Below, piece after piece: positions 32,901 to 41,637 of a DNA stretch of 64,000 nucleotides. The stretch lies in assembly GCA_023205875.1 (NCBI GenBank), contig CP060755.1, positions 434,001-498,000 on the forward strand. The letters are read 5' to 3'. Within the stretch, counting starts at the first letter, position 1, and each line of letters begins with the position of its first letter. Below the pieces are notes generated by a model. The model saw nothing but the letters and a program-made list of their open reading frames with translations. It ran no database searches and was not told where the DNA came from. Made by a program: the position numbers and the translations under genes. Source of the DNA: Chloropicon primus (taxonomy: Eukaryota).

Positions 32901-34818
32901 TGTGTTCGCTATATTTGGAATCAACCTGTTTGGAGGCAAGTTTTACTTTTGCAAGGACCTGAGTTCTGGGGAAAGAATCAATCCGAGGGACATCCTGCCG
33001 GAGGACAGCAGGGGGATTATCACAAAGGAGTGGTGTGATGTGGGGCATCACATAGTTTCTTATCCCCCTGGCATAGACCAGTACAACTTGACGCACGCGT
33101 GGTCAAACCCGGAATGGAACTTTGACAACATCGCTCACTCGCTTCTCACCTTGTTTGAAGTCGCCACGCTGGAGATGTGGCTGCCAATTATGTACAACAG
33201 TGCTGACATCGTTGGTTTTGACAAGCAGCCTGTCCGTGATGCGAGCAAGGGCATGGAGATGTTCTACGTGTGTTTCATCATCGTCGGTGGCTTCTTCCTC
33301 CTCAACCTTTTCGTGGGTGTGACGATCGAAAAGTTCAGCAGCATGCAAGAGAAGAACAAGGGAGGAGTCTTCTTGACCCCGGAGCAGCACGAGTGGCAGA
33401 AGGTTCAGAAGATCATTGGGGGAGCGTGGCCCTTGAAGGACCAGGCTGCCCCGGAGGGAAAGTGGAGGAAAGTCATGAATCGTGTCGTGACTTCAAACTT
33501 CTTCGAGGACTTTATCATGGCAGCCATCTTCATCAACATCTTGTTCATGGCGATGACAAAGGAGGGGATGAGCGATGCGTACGAGGCTACCCTCTTCTAC
33601 GCGAACATCATCTTCACGGCTGTCTTCACCTTGGAGGCCATCATGAGGATCATCGGGCTCGGTGCCGAGCCCTACTTCACGAACAAGTGGTACCTCTTTG
33701 ATTTCTTCATCGTGATCGCCTCGCTCTGCGGAGTTGTCCTCGACTTTGCCAGCAGCACGGAAATCCCAGCGGTGAGCATCCTGAGGGTCTTCAGGTTTGC
33801 GAGAATCTTCAGGCTCATTCCCAAGGCAAAGACCCTGAAGAGGCTCTTCGAGACCCTGTACTACAGTCTGCCGGCCCTGGGAAACGTTGGAAGCGTCCTG
33901 TTCCTCTTCTTCTTCATCTATGCGGTGATGGGCATGTCACTCTTTGGGCAGGTGAAGCACGGGGAGACGCTTAACAGGCACGCCAACTTTGAGTCCTTCT
34001 TTGGCGCGCTTTTGGTCCTGTTCAGGATGTCCACCGGCGAGAGTTGGAACGGACTCATGCACGACACCATGGTCGACACGAGGTGCTACGAGATCACGCA
34101 CGCCCCCACCCTCGCGAGCTGCCAAGACACTTGCCAGTACGTGGGAAAGGGCGACCCTTTGCTGTACGGTCTGACCAAGGACGACGACTACGTCAACAGG
34201 TGCGGTCAGCACTTTTTGATCTCGGTCATCTACTTTTGCAGTTTCGTCGTGATGTGCGCCTTTCTGCTGCTCAACCTCGTGATCGCCGTGATCATTGGGA
34301 ACTTCGAGGAGGCCTCCATCGACTACATGGTCAACAAGGACACCGTGCGGAACTTCATCGCTTGCTGGAAGGACCTGGACCCGAACGCGACGCACTACAT
34401 CGACGCGGAGCAGATCGTCGACTTGGTGGAGATGCTGGATCCGCCGCTCGGGGTGAAGGGCGACGGGGAGAAGAAGACGGGCACAGATGGCATCCTGACA
34501 CAGTTGCACATTGTGATCCGGGCCAGGAAGATCCACTTTTTGGAGACCCTGCACGCTTTGGCAGGCAGGGTCTCCGCGGTGAAGCTCCCGGCCCAGACGG
34601 AGAACAAGGTGTACATGTCCTTGAAGTCGAGGCTCCCCGCGATGCCGCCCAGCGCCGCCCCGAAGTACACGGTGTCGCAGTACTACGCGGCCGTGTACGT
34701 CCAGGCGGCGATCAGAGGGTTCCTCTCCAGGGTGATGTGGATCGAGCAGAACAACGAGAGCCTGAGTCAGCTCGACAAGTCGCCCGCCAAGAAGAGCGAG
34801 GAGGGGGACGGGCATTAG
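29956..34818 (+). CDS. Four-domain voltage-gated Ca2+ channel alpha-1 subunit (intronless, 1620 aa)
   Basis: Four 6TM repeats with Arg-rich S4 segments; pore motifs SLEGW/TGENW/TLEMW/TGESW (EEEE); EF-hand-like WKDLDPNATHYI; IQ-like YAAVYVQAAIRGF. Confidence 0.96.
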   Translation: MARPSTPSGRSSSIKRPSIVESKKVAEAQHSKVVVSDKAEGAQDGTAQDSPAELSKKLGAQRALGVLDRENPLRMFVHRIATNKYFDNFILFVILVNCILLALDRKSPSFENSQTYKVIDTAEYVFIVIFTIEMIFKVIAFGFVAGEGTYLRDYWNGLDFTVVLLAYVAFLGLGNYTAIRSFRFLRPLRTISGVEGMRKLVKTLLHSVPTLLDVLGLCAFAFSIFGIIAVQLFAGQLQYRCKQYNYDAGSGQISWSVHEDHDGQPCSGPRIKADSSGSLVVWNATSGVLETGALNYGHGLLKCPEDSYCIKHGNPNYGLTSFDNILAAFLTIFQSISLEGWTDVMYYTQDAVSPWVWIYFIIMIIFCSFFTVNLTLAVLYVHFVTNREDIPVDEVQKKPQRNVKSIIRSESVFAGEAPSEMLAIPNRVRAFFFDLQDSNWFNYLTVSFIILNTVIMALEIHPQDEEWEKLQNNFNLFFTAYFLLEMIIKLIGLGFAGYVDDRMNVFDGIVVIISVIEVLSALATDSGGDSMFSVFRAFRLLRVFRLARSWKQLNKIINTIFRSVANIAYLTCILVLFIFIFALLGKEFFGYKFKNCQFVEGAKSMCPPGKLGCPDHYDCYVPCQDTDLFSVTGNFIEVDGSRYNGMAKCEKYCEDGAMDCMLTSCASPTTECLAEVGHSEVARYNFDDIFSSIISIFQVLTGENWNEIMYEAVNETGEDAVSLYFILLTIVGNYIVLNLFLAILLDNFGEEPDIGDVNILEEIKSVKMIESQFLRVNSTKNSTLSKQYPQDDPMKPLICYQYVSEEKPDKYKTYTGKTFGVIGTENRARLSCFDLVSSKPFEFLIIFLIIASSITLALDAPTLEEGSSFKKVLEDLDKFFTVAFLLEVILKVFAYGLIRGEHTYLQSSWNILDFVIAIIGAFSWGMSGAQSLESLRAIRTIRALRPLKMASRAEGMKVVVNALFASIPSICNVALVCLFLFVVFAIFGINLFGGKFYFCKDLSSGERINPRDILPEDSRGIITKEWCDVGHHIVSYPPGIDQYNLTHAWSNPEWNFDNIAHSLLTLFEVATLEMWLPIMYNSADIVGFDKQPVRDASKGMEMFYVCFIIVGGFFLLNLFVGVTIEKFSSMQEKNKGGVFLTPEQHEWQKVQKIIGGAWPLKDQAAPEGKWRKVMNRVVTSNFFEDFIMAAIFINILFMAMTKEGMSDAYEATLFYANIIFTAVFTLEAIMRIIGLGAEPYFTNKWYLFDFFIVIASLCGVVLDFASSTEIPAVSILRVFRFARIFRLIPKAKTLKRLFETLYYSLPALGNVGSVLFLFFFIYAVMGMSLFGQVKHGETLNRHANFESFFGALLVLFRMSTGESWNGLMHDTMVDTRCYEITHAPTLASCQDTCQYVGKGDPLLYGLTKDDDYVNRCGQHFLISVIYFCSFVVMCAFLLLNLVIAVIIGNFEEASIDYMVNKDTVRNFIACWKDLDPNATHYIDAEQIVDLVEMLDPPLGVKGDGEKKTGTDGILTQLHIVIRARKIHFLETLHALAGRVSAVKLPAQTENKVYMSLKSRLPAMPPSAAPKYTVSQYYAAVYVQAAIRGFLSRVMWIEQNNESLSQLDKSPAKKSEEGDGH

Positions 34819-34915
34819 CACACCAAGCGAGCGCCGCGCCTTTTGCTTAGTTTGTACCATAAATTGACCATAAATTGCCGAAGGAAGGGAGCCTCTCTCT
34901 CAAGCGCCACACAAG

Positions 34916-34926
34916 TGTAATTGTAA
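34916..34926 (+). promoter_or_regulatory. Tandem TGTAA chlorophyte-type polyadenylation signals
   Basis: TGTAA at 34916 and 34922, ~100 nt after the channel stop; the same motif follows other genes (18111, 53565, 56821). Confidence 0.65.
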
Positions 34927-35110
34927 ACTAAAACCATTTTTCTTCTCCTCTTCATATTAATTAACGTCATTCAGAGAACATTGAGAGTAACGGCAACTCC
35001 AGGGGATCTCAGGCCCCTCGCCCCTCGTCGGCTCGTGAGAGAGAGACGGCGACGGCGACGACTCGATCGCCTGCGTCGGTTGGTTGAGGTCTAAGACAAC
35101 GAAGGCGACG

Positions 35111-36691
35111 ATGCTGTTCGGGTACTACAAGCTCCTGAGGGATGTGGTGCGGAGCGGTGCGGGAGACGTTTACCTGTACGGGGGGGAGGAGCTGGGTTTG
35201 TGGTGCATGGTGACCCTGCTGAGGAACGTGCCCGCGAGGAGGGAGTCCGCGGAGAGCTGCCCCTCCCAGGTGTTCAGGGAGCTCGAGTCCGTGAGCTCGA
35301 GCAGGTGGAAGATGTTCTGGAGGAAGGCCCTGATGTGGAACTGCATGGCGTGGATCAGCGCGGTCCTGGGGCTCGTCTCCAGCTTCGTCTTCTCCTTCGT
35401 CCTGAGGCGGTGCGACTTTGGCAAGTGCTACAGGATGCTCCTGTTCAGGCCCGACTTGATCGTATTCGCGGCGCAGAACTACTGGGGGAGGAAGTTCGGG
35501 GACTTTTTCGGGGGGGACAAGCAGTTCAGCGCGGTCGACGTGCGCAGAGTCTACTCCCTGGTCATCCGCTCGGCGTACCACATCGTGGACATTAACAACA
35601 GGCCGAGCCAGGGGGACCTGGAGGACAAGAAGCTGTTCCACGAGCGGGGGGTGGAGCACGGCTTGCCTTGCGTGTCCGTCATCCCGTTCGAGGACCTAGC
35701 CGATCCGACGAGGGCGGAAGGCCTCCGGTTCCCCCTCTTCGCGAAGCCGAGGAAGCTGCAGTGGGGCCAGGGGGTGATGAAGCTGACCTCGAGGGACCAG
35801 AAGGAGTTCCGGGACGTCGCCCGGCCAGGCAGCGAGTTCCAAGAGTCCTTCGTCGTCCAGAGGAAGATGGAGAACATCCCCGAGCTTCTGGACTACTTCC
35901 CCCCGGACGCCCCCCTGTGCACGGCGCGCATCACCACGTTCCTGCAGAGAAGCGAAGGGCCCGGGGGGGCGAGGGCGGTGAAGGTGCTGGAGAGCTGGAT
36001 CAGGGTGGGCGCCAGCGGCGCCCTCGCCGACCAGATCGAGAACGGGGGGTCGACCTTCGCCGTCCACGCGGAGACGGGGGTCGTCTGGAACGGAACCACG
36101 ACGGAGAGGATGGTCAAGGGGGACCCCTTTCTCGAGCCGGGCCTGAACGGCGCCCCCGGCGCGAAGAAGAGCATCACCGGGCACAAGCTGCCCTTCTGGT
36201 CCCAGGCGCTGGACACGGTGAAGGAGGCGCACGTGAAGCTGGCCCCGGACGCCTTCACGGTCGGGTGGGACATCGTCTTCACGCCCGGGGGCATCGAGAT
36301 CATGGAAGGGAATTTGATGTCCATGGTGGCGCTCCACATCGGCATGAGGTACGGCACGATGTCCTTGCTCTGGCCAGACTCGCCTCTGGTGTGGCTGGCC
36401 CTCTCGGACTGGCTGAAGGACAAGGAGGGGGGCTTGAAGTACACCGCGGAGACGAAGAGGAGCAAGCTGCAGAGAGTGAAGTCCTCCTTGCAGGGGCACA
36501 TCGCTCGCCTCGGCAAGGAGAAGGAGCCCCTCAAGAACGCCATTCTCAAGCTGAAAGCCGCGGACCTCGAGGACAACGCCCCCTTGGACGAGCTCAAGCT
36601 CCTTCAGAACCAATTGATGCTGAAAGAGGGCGAGATCCACGGCCTGAGCACAGAACTTGCGGCCGTTAAGGACGCAATCCTTCGTATTTAA
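35111..36691 (+). CDS. ATP-grasp ligase, sugar-transfer-associated (ATPgrasp_ST / glutamate-ligase-related), with N-terminal TM segment and C-terminal coiled coil
   Basis: EDKKLF..GLP, FAKPRKLQWGQGV, FVVQRKMEN, CTARITT, ADQIENGG, LPFWSQ, VGWDIVFTPGGIEIMEGN. Confidence 0.8.
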   Translation: MLFGYYKLLRDVVRSGAGDVYLYGGEELGLWCMVTLLRNVPARRESAESCPSQVFRELESVSSSRWKMFWRKALMWNCMAWISAVLGLVSSFVFSFVLRRCDFGKCYRMLLFRPDLIVFAAQNYWGRKFGDFFGGDKQFSAVDVRRVYSLVIRSAYHIVDINNRPSQGDLEDKKLFHERGVEHGLPCVSVIPFEDLADPTRAEGLRFPLFAKPRKLQWGQGVMKLTSRDQKEFRDVARPGSEFQESFVVQRKMENIPELLDYFPPDAPLCTARITTFLQRSEGPGGARAVKVLESWIRVGASGALADQIENGGSTFAVHAETGVVWNGTTTERMVKGDPFLEPGLNGAPGAKKSITGHKLPFWSQALDTVKEAHVKLAPDAFTVGWDIVFTPGGIEIMEGNLMSMVALHIGMRYGTMSLLWPDSPLVWLALSDWLKDKEGGLKYTAETKRSKLQRVKSSLQGHIARLGKEKEPLKNAILKLKAADLEDNAPLDELKLLQNQLMLKEGEIHGLSTELAAVKDAILRI

Positions 36692-36888
36692 GTCCAAGTC
36701 CGCCCCTCTCTCCCCAACGAAACCCATCCTTCGTCGATAAAGCAAAACTCAAAAAGCGTCTAATTCATAAGCACAAGTTATGCGTTCCTGTCTCCAATCC
36801 ACTCCCGTTCCTTCTTCTGAAGCTGGTACCTTGGGTCTCGGCTCGTCCCCCTCAGACGTCCATCATCAGGGCTCTCCTCCACACCTCC

Positions 36889-36925
<37 letters not shown>

Positions 36926-36958
36926 AGGACGCGTGAAGCCCAAGGCGAACGCGTCGTG

Positions 36959-38731
36959 ATGGAGGAAGAGTTCTGGAAGGGGATCGGGAATTACGTCCCG
37001 TTGGTGTCCGAAGATGGCCCGAGATGCAAGGCAGAGTGGCTGGCGCGCAACAACGCACACGACGGGAGCTCAGGCCAGGATGTACATCATCCCGAAGCTC
37101 TGACGCCTTACCGGATACGGTCATTTGACAAGCGTGACGAGGTGATGAAGTGGTTCCGGAGGAGCGAGATCGAGATCGCCTTCGCCGCTTCGCCGGCAGA
37201 ATCGCCGTCGCCCCCCTGCCGAAGGGAGAGCTTGCTGACCGCCTCTTTCTTGGGTCTGTCGTGCGAGGGGCGAGAACCCAAGCAGGAGGATCCCTCGTCG
37301 GTGGCGGGGAAGGACGAGTGTTGTGGCAGCTTGAGCGGCGGCTTCTCGTTTCCTACGACTCCCTCCTGCAACGATGACGACGAGGAGCGGGAGGATCCGA
37401 GAATTGGGTGGCCGCAAAGCCCAATGCAGCAGCTAACGTTTGAGCAGCAGCAGCCCCAACTCGATGAGAGGGAACTCGTTGAGCAGCAGGCTGAGGACTT
37501 TATTTACGGGAGCTTCTCCTCCAACAGGGCGGTCGGGGTCGACCCGGGGGAGGCGTATTCGCCCTCAAAGTTCACTGACCCCGCGTCCTCGTCTTGCTCC
37601 ACGAGCTACCACAAGCACGCCAACCTGGGCAGCGACGCGGGCTCCTTGGACGAGAACGAGACGGAGGAGATCATGCTGAGGGTCATTCGCAAGAAGAAGA
37701 GGACGGGCTTGGAGGCGTCGAGGGAGTTCGTGATCCAGCCCAACGCTCCCATTTCCATTTCCGGGACGCCTTACAAGATTGTGGAGCTCATCGCCTCGTC
37801 GACGTTCAGCAGAGTGGTCAAGGCCATCGATGTGCAGAGCGGGTCGAGCGTCTCCATCAAGATCATCAACAACACGAAGGAGAGCTTTGACGCTGGCCTT
37901 GACGAGGTCCGACTCTTGAAACTGATTACGGAGAAGGCGGAGGAAGACGGCGACGCCGACGAAAATTTGGGGTTTGTGAAAATGCTCGACTACTTTTACA
38001 AAGGAGAGCACCTCTTCATCGTATGCGAAAACCTCAGAGAGAACTTGTTCCACTTTGCTGACAAGAACAAGTCCAGCAACTGCGCGAACTACTTCACGCT
38101 GGCGAGGATACAGACAATTGCGAGGCAGCTTTTACAGTCGCTCCACAAGCTGCACTCGCTGGGCATCATCCACTCCGATCTGAAGCCGGAGAACATACTG
38201 TTCGAAACCTACAGCAAGTGCAAGGTGAAGATCATCGATCTGGGGAGCGCCAGGTTCATCCACGAGGGCGAAGGCGACCTCCAAAACCTCCAATCTTTGT
38301 GCTACCGTGCACCGGAAGTTGTACTGGGAGCCGGGTACGACGAGAGGATCGACCTATTCAGCTTGGGGTGTATTCTTGGTGAGCTCTACACGGGGAGAAT
38401 TGTTTTCCCTTGCCACTCGCATTGGTCAGCCTCCCCTGCGAACCAGCAAGCGTCTTTGCTGGCGGAGTGGGCGAGCACGTTTGGGGCTTTCCCTTCCGAG
38501 ATGCTGCAGAGAAGCAGGAAGAAGAGCGTTACAAAAAGTGGTCTTATTTACATAGAGAATTCCAGCAACTACGAGCTGGTCCTCCCAAACAGGATTCCGC
38601 TCGCGCAGAGGATTAAACCTTGCGACCCCATGTTCCTGGACTTCCTCCTTTGCTTGCTCGTGGTCGAGCCAAAGTGGAGAATGACTGCGGCTGAGGCCCT
38701 GGAGCACCCTTGGCTGAAGCAAAAGCTGTAA
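36959..38731 (+). CDS. DYRK-related (plant DYRKP-like) Ser/Thr kinase, divergent
   Basis: RKKKRTGLEASREF, IKIINNTKESFDAGLDEVRLL, DYFYKGEHLFIVCE, YFTLARIQ, HSDLKPEN, KIIDLGS, YRAPEV. Confidence 0.88.
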   Translation: MEEEFWKGIGNYVPLVSEDGPRCKAEWLARNNAHDGSSGQDVHHPEALTPYRIRSFDKRDEVMKWFRRSEIEIAFAASPAESPSPPCRRESLLTASFLGLSCEGREPKQEDPSSVAGKDECCGSLSGGFSFPTTPSCNDDDEEREDPRIGWPQSPMQQLTFEQQQPQLDERELVEQQAEDFIYGSFSSNRAVGVDPGEAYSPSKFTDPASSSCSTSYHKHANLGSDAGSLDENETEEIMLRVIRKKKRTGLEASREFVIQPNAPISISGTPYKIVELIASSTFSRVVKAIDVQSGSSVSIKIINNTKESFDAGLDEVRLLKLITEKAEEDGDADENLGFVKMLDYFYKGEHLFIVCENLRENLFHFADKNKSSNCANYFTLARIQTIARQLLQSLHKLHSLGIIHSDLKPENILFETYSKCKVKIIDLGSARFIHEGEGDLQNLQSLCYRAPEVVLGAGYDERIDLFSLGCILGELYTGRIVFPCHSHWSASPANQQASLLAEWASTFGAFPSEMLQRSRKKSVTKSGLIYIENSSNYELVLPNRIPLAQRIKPCDPMFLDFLLCLLVVEPKWRMTAAEALEHPWLKQKL

Positions 38732-38773
38732 GTCCCATCCTCGCAATGGATTTAAGTGTACTTACTTAACGTT

Positions 38774-40870
38774 TTAACGACTGCCGGCGGAGAAGATGGA
38801 AACGTACACATTATTGTTAGGAGCCCAACGAAGCGATGCCTTGCGTCGCGCTCGCGCCTTACCTTTGTCCATGTTGCCAAGATACTTCTCGGCATTCTCG
38901 AGTTTCTTCTCCCTGTCTTGAATATTCAGAATCAATTTCTTTTCCCTCTGCATGCTTCTGTTCAGCTCAGACCTCAAATACGCGATCTGCTCTTCTTGCC
39001 CGTCCTGGATTCTACTCTCCGTGGCGTCGCTTGGGTCGTGCTCCTGGTACATCGTTCTGGCCGACCTTCCGGCATTGTAAGTGCTGAAGTGGGAGGTTTT
39101 GAACTTGTCCAGCTCCTGCCTTTGCATCTGCATCCTCTTCATCTGGCTCTCGTACTGCATCCTCATCCCGTTGAGCTCGTGCTCCTGCCGCTCTATCAGG
39201 GCTTGCATCTCCTGGTACTTTGATCTGCTCCGCTCGGCGTCAAGATCCTTCTCCTTGAGCAGGCTGCCCATCTTCTCTATGTGCTCGTCCGCGGATGTCA
39301 GCCGCCTCATGAGATTGCTCGCGTTAGACTGCAGGGACGACAGCTCCTCTTTCTGCAACCTGTAAGCGCTTGCCGTCTCGTTCAGCGTCATTTCCATCTC
39401 TCTCTCCTTCCCGCGAAGCTTCGACACCTCAGCCATCATCGCCTCAACGTTTCGCCTCTCCTTCTCCAGCAGCTCCACCACGGCTTCCTTCTCCCTCAGG
39501 GCTTCGTGGGCGGCCTCCTCCCTCTTCTCGATTTCTCTCTCGAACTCGGACTGGAGCCTCTCGCCGTCCCTCTTGGACTCGTGCAGCTGCTGGCAGGCTG
39601 ATTCCATCTCCTGGTCAAGGGTGTTGATCCGCTTCTCGAGGGCATCGATCATGCTCTGCTTGGAGTACCGCTCCGCCTCGAGTGAGGCGACTTTCCTTTG
39701 CAGCGTCCTGCCCGCCTCCTTGTACTTCCTGCAGGTGGAGACCCTCGAGTCCAACTTTTCCTGTAGCTTGTACAAGGATTTCTGCATCGCGTCCACTTTC
39801 TTCCTCTGCTCTCTCTCGTGGAGCTCGAAGCCCAGCTTGGACTGTTGCGCGATCTGAGTCAGGCTGGACGGCACAGAAAACATTTGGGGGTCCCTGTGCC
39901 CAGAAGATTCTGGGCCACCGCCCCCAAGCCCCCAGGACGAGGGGGGCAGGCCCTGGGCAGATGCAGCTGCAGCGGCTTGGAGACGGCTGTCCTTCTCCTC
40001 GGCTTCCCTCCTCAGCCGTTTGATTTCGGCGTCCTTGCTCGCTGCCGTGCCCCTCAGCCTAGCGCAGTCTTTCGTGGCTTGGTCCAGCTGGTCGCCCAGC
40101 TCCTGCATCCGCCTCTTCAGCCTCTCGTGCTCGTTGCGGGAGAGGTCCTCGCCCAGCTTCTTCTCGTGCTTCACCAGGCTCAGGTCCCTCTTCAGCCGCA
40201 AAACCTGCTCCTCCCCCTCCTCCCTTTCTCTCTGGTGCCTCTTCGCGGCATCGAGCTGCACCTTGAACTCCTCCTTCAGCAGGTCTATCCTCTGGTTCTT
40301 CTCCTTGGAGACCTCCTTGAGCTTCCTCTGGTGTGCCGAGGAGTCCTCGTTGGCCTGCCTCAAGTCCTTGGAGAGCTTCCTCACTTGCTCGTTCTTGGAA
40401 AGGACCTCCTTCTCGAGCTTCAGGGTGCTTTGGGCGTGCTTTCGCTGCAGGTCCCTCTTCTCCTCGTCGCTCGCCTTCACCTCCTCCTTTACACTCTTCA
40501 CTTCCAGCAAGGTCTTTTGGAGCTGCCTCCTCAGGTCGATGAGCTCGATGTCCTTGTCGTTCACCGAGGCTCTCAGCGTTATCACCTCGGGACTCGCGAG
40601 GAAACCCCCGCCCGGGCTCGCGCCCGGATACTGGAGGCCGATGCCGCTCGTCATGTCCCCCGACGTATCCAACCCCCCGACGGCCGCTCTCTTCCCTCTA
40701 TCACCTTGGGCTCTTCCCCTCTCCTGAGCAACTAAGAGCTCGGGTGGGGTCTCAGAGGATTCGGTTCCAAATTCAAAGCCAAGGCCAAGGCCAAGGTCGT
40801 CTTGTTCCTCCACGCCAGATGAGTTCTTCGCTTTCAAGTCCACTGCCGTGCCCTTCTTCTTCCTTCCCAT
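38774..40870 (-). CDS. Uncharacterised long coiled-coil protein (~700 aa)
   Basis: Open E/K/Q/L-rich heptad ORF from ATG 40870; no catalytic motif recognised. Confidence 0.8.
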   Translation of the reverse strand: MGRKKKGTAVDLKAKNSSGVEEQDDLGLGLGFEFGTESSETPPELLVAQERGRAQGDRGKRAAVGGLDTSGDMTSGIGLQYPGASPGGGFLASPEVITLRASVNDKDIELIDLRRQLQKTLLEVKSVKEEVKASDEEKRDLQRKHAQSTLKLEKEVLSKNEQVRKLSKDLRQANEDSSAHQRKLKEVSKEKNQRIDLLKEEFKVQLDAAKRHQREREEGEEQVLRLKRDLSLVKHEKKLGEDLSRNEHERLKRRMQELGDQLDQATKDCARLRGTAASKDAEIKRLRREAEEKDSRLQAAAAASAQGLPPSSWGLGGGGPESSGHRDPQMFSVPSSLTQIAQQSKLGFELHEREQRKKVDAMQKSLYKLQEKLDSRVSTCRKYKEAGRTLQRKVASLEAERYSKQSMIDALEKRINTLDQEMESACQQLHESKRDGERLQSEFEREIEKREEAAHEALREKEAVVELLEKERRNVEAMMAEVSKLRGKEREMEMTLNETASAYRLQKEELSSLQSNASNLMRRLTSADEHIEKMGSLLKEKDLDAERSRSKYQEMQALIERQEHELNGMRMQYESQMKRMQMQRQELDKFKTSHFSTYNAGRSARTMYQEHDPSDATESRIQDGQEEQIAYLRSELNRSMQREKKLILNIQDREKKLENAEKYLGNMDKGKARARRKASLRWAPNNNVYVSIFSAGSR

Positions 40871-40978
40871 CTCACCTCGCCATCTTTGTCGTCGCACTTG
40901 ACTTGAGTTGGGCTCTGGCCTCCCGACCTTTGAAAAAAAAAAAAAAAACTGGCGGGAAAAAAATGTCTCTCAATCAGT

Positions 40979-41025
40979 AACTGAAACTGAAACTGAAACT
41001 GAAACTGAAACTGAAACTGAAACTG
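40979..41025. repeat. (GAAACT)n microsatellite, ~7 copies
   Basis: Directly visible tandem hexamer. Confidence 0.95.
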
Positions 41026-41637
41026 GGACTGAGATGCAGATGATGGTGGTGGTACCGAGGAAAGAGGAAGGCAGAGAGAGCGGGGATGGGGGCGGTTCGC
41101 CACGCACACGCAGCAGCTTGACCTCGTTCGGATCCAAAGATCGCGTTGTCCCTTTGCCAAGCCAAATCCATCAAGAAGCAGAGGGCTGTTCTGACTCACA
41201 AGTTGTGTGGCTGAAACTGATGATGAATTGTAGGAATAGGTCGGCACGAAGGCCACGGAGACGGTGCTGCTGAATTCGATCCGTGGAGAGCGCGCGCCAG
41301 CCGCCTTCCTCGTCGATGTCGATCTTGTCGGTCACCATGTCACTGTCAACATCCAGGCCCTCGGCACAGAGGGTCCCTCGCCCTCCCATCGGATATCGGA
41401 GTCACAGCCCCCTGGATGGATGGACAAAGAACGGGATCTTGGATTCTGACCGAGCGAGGTGGATCACTCCGCCTGTGCATGGCAAACCGTGCTCCATCCC
41501 ACCAGTCCTCCATCAGTCACCGCCCTCCATCAGAGGTCCATCGATCCGGTTGCCTTAAAAAAGATCTGGAGAGATCAGCCGGCGGAGGACGAGAGACGGG
41601 AGGACGGAGACACGACGACGACGACGGCAGAGCGAGA

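Noticed and set aside
29722..33096. 1124-aa minus-strand ORF
   Set aside because: Antisense shadow of the Ca2+ channel; GC3-biased codons leave the opposite frame stop-poor, and no motifs are recognisable
41218..41275. ATGATGA...CTGA resembling a C/D snoRNA
   Set aside because: Short, no convincing terminal stem and no recognisable rRNA or snRNA antisense element
41171..41389. 72-aa ORF with an acidic protein-like stretch (DKIDIDEEGGWR)
   Set aside because: Too short, and no supported splice partners or family match
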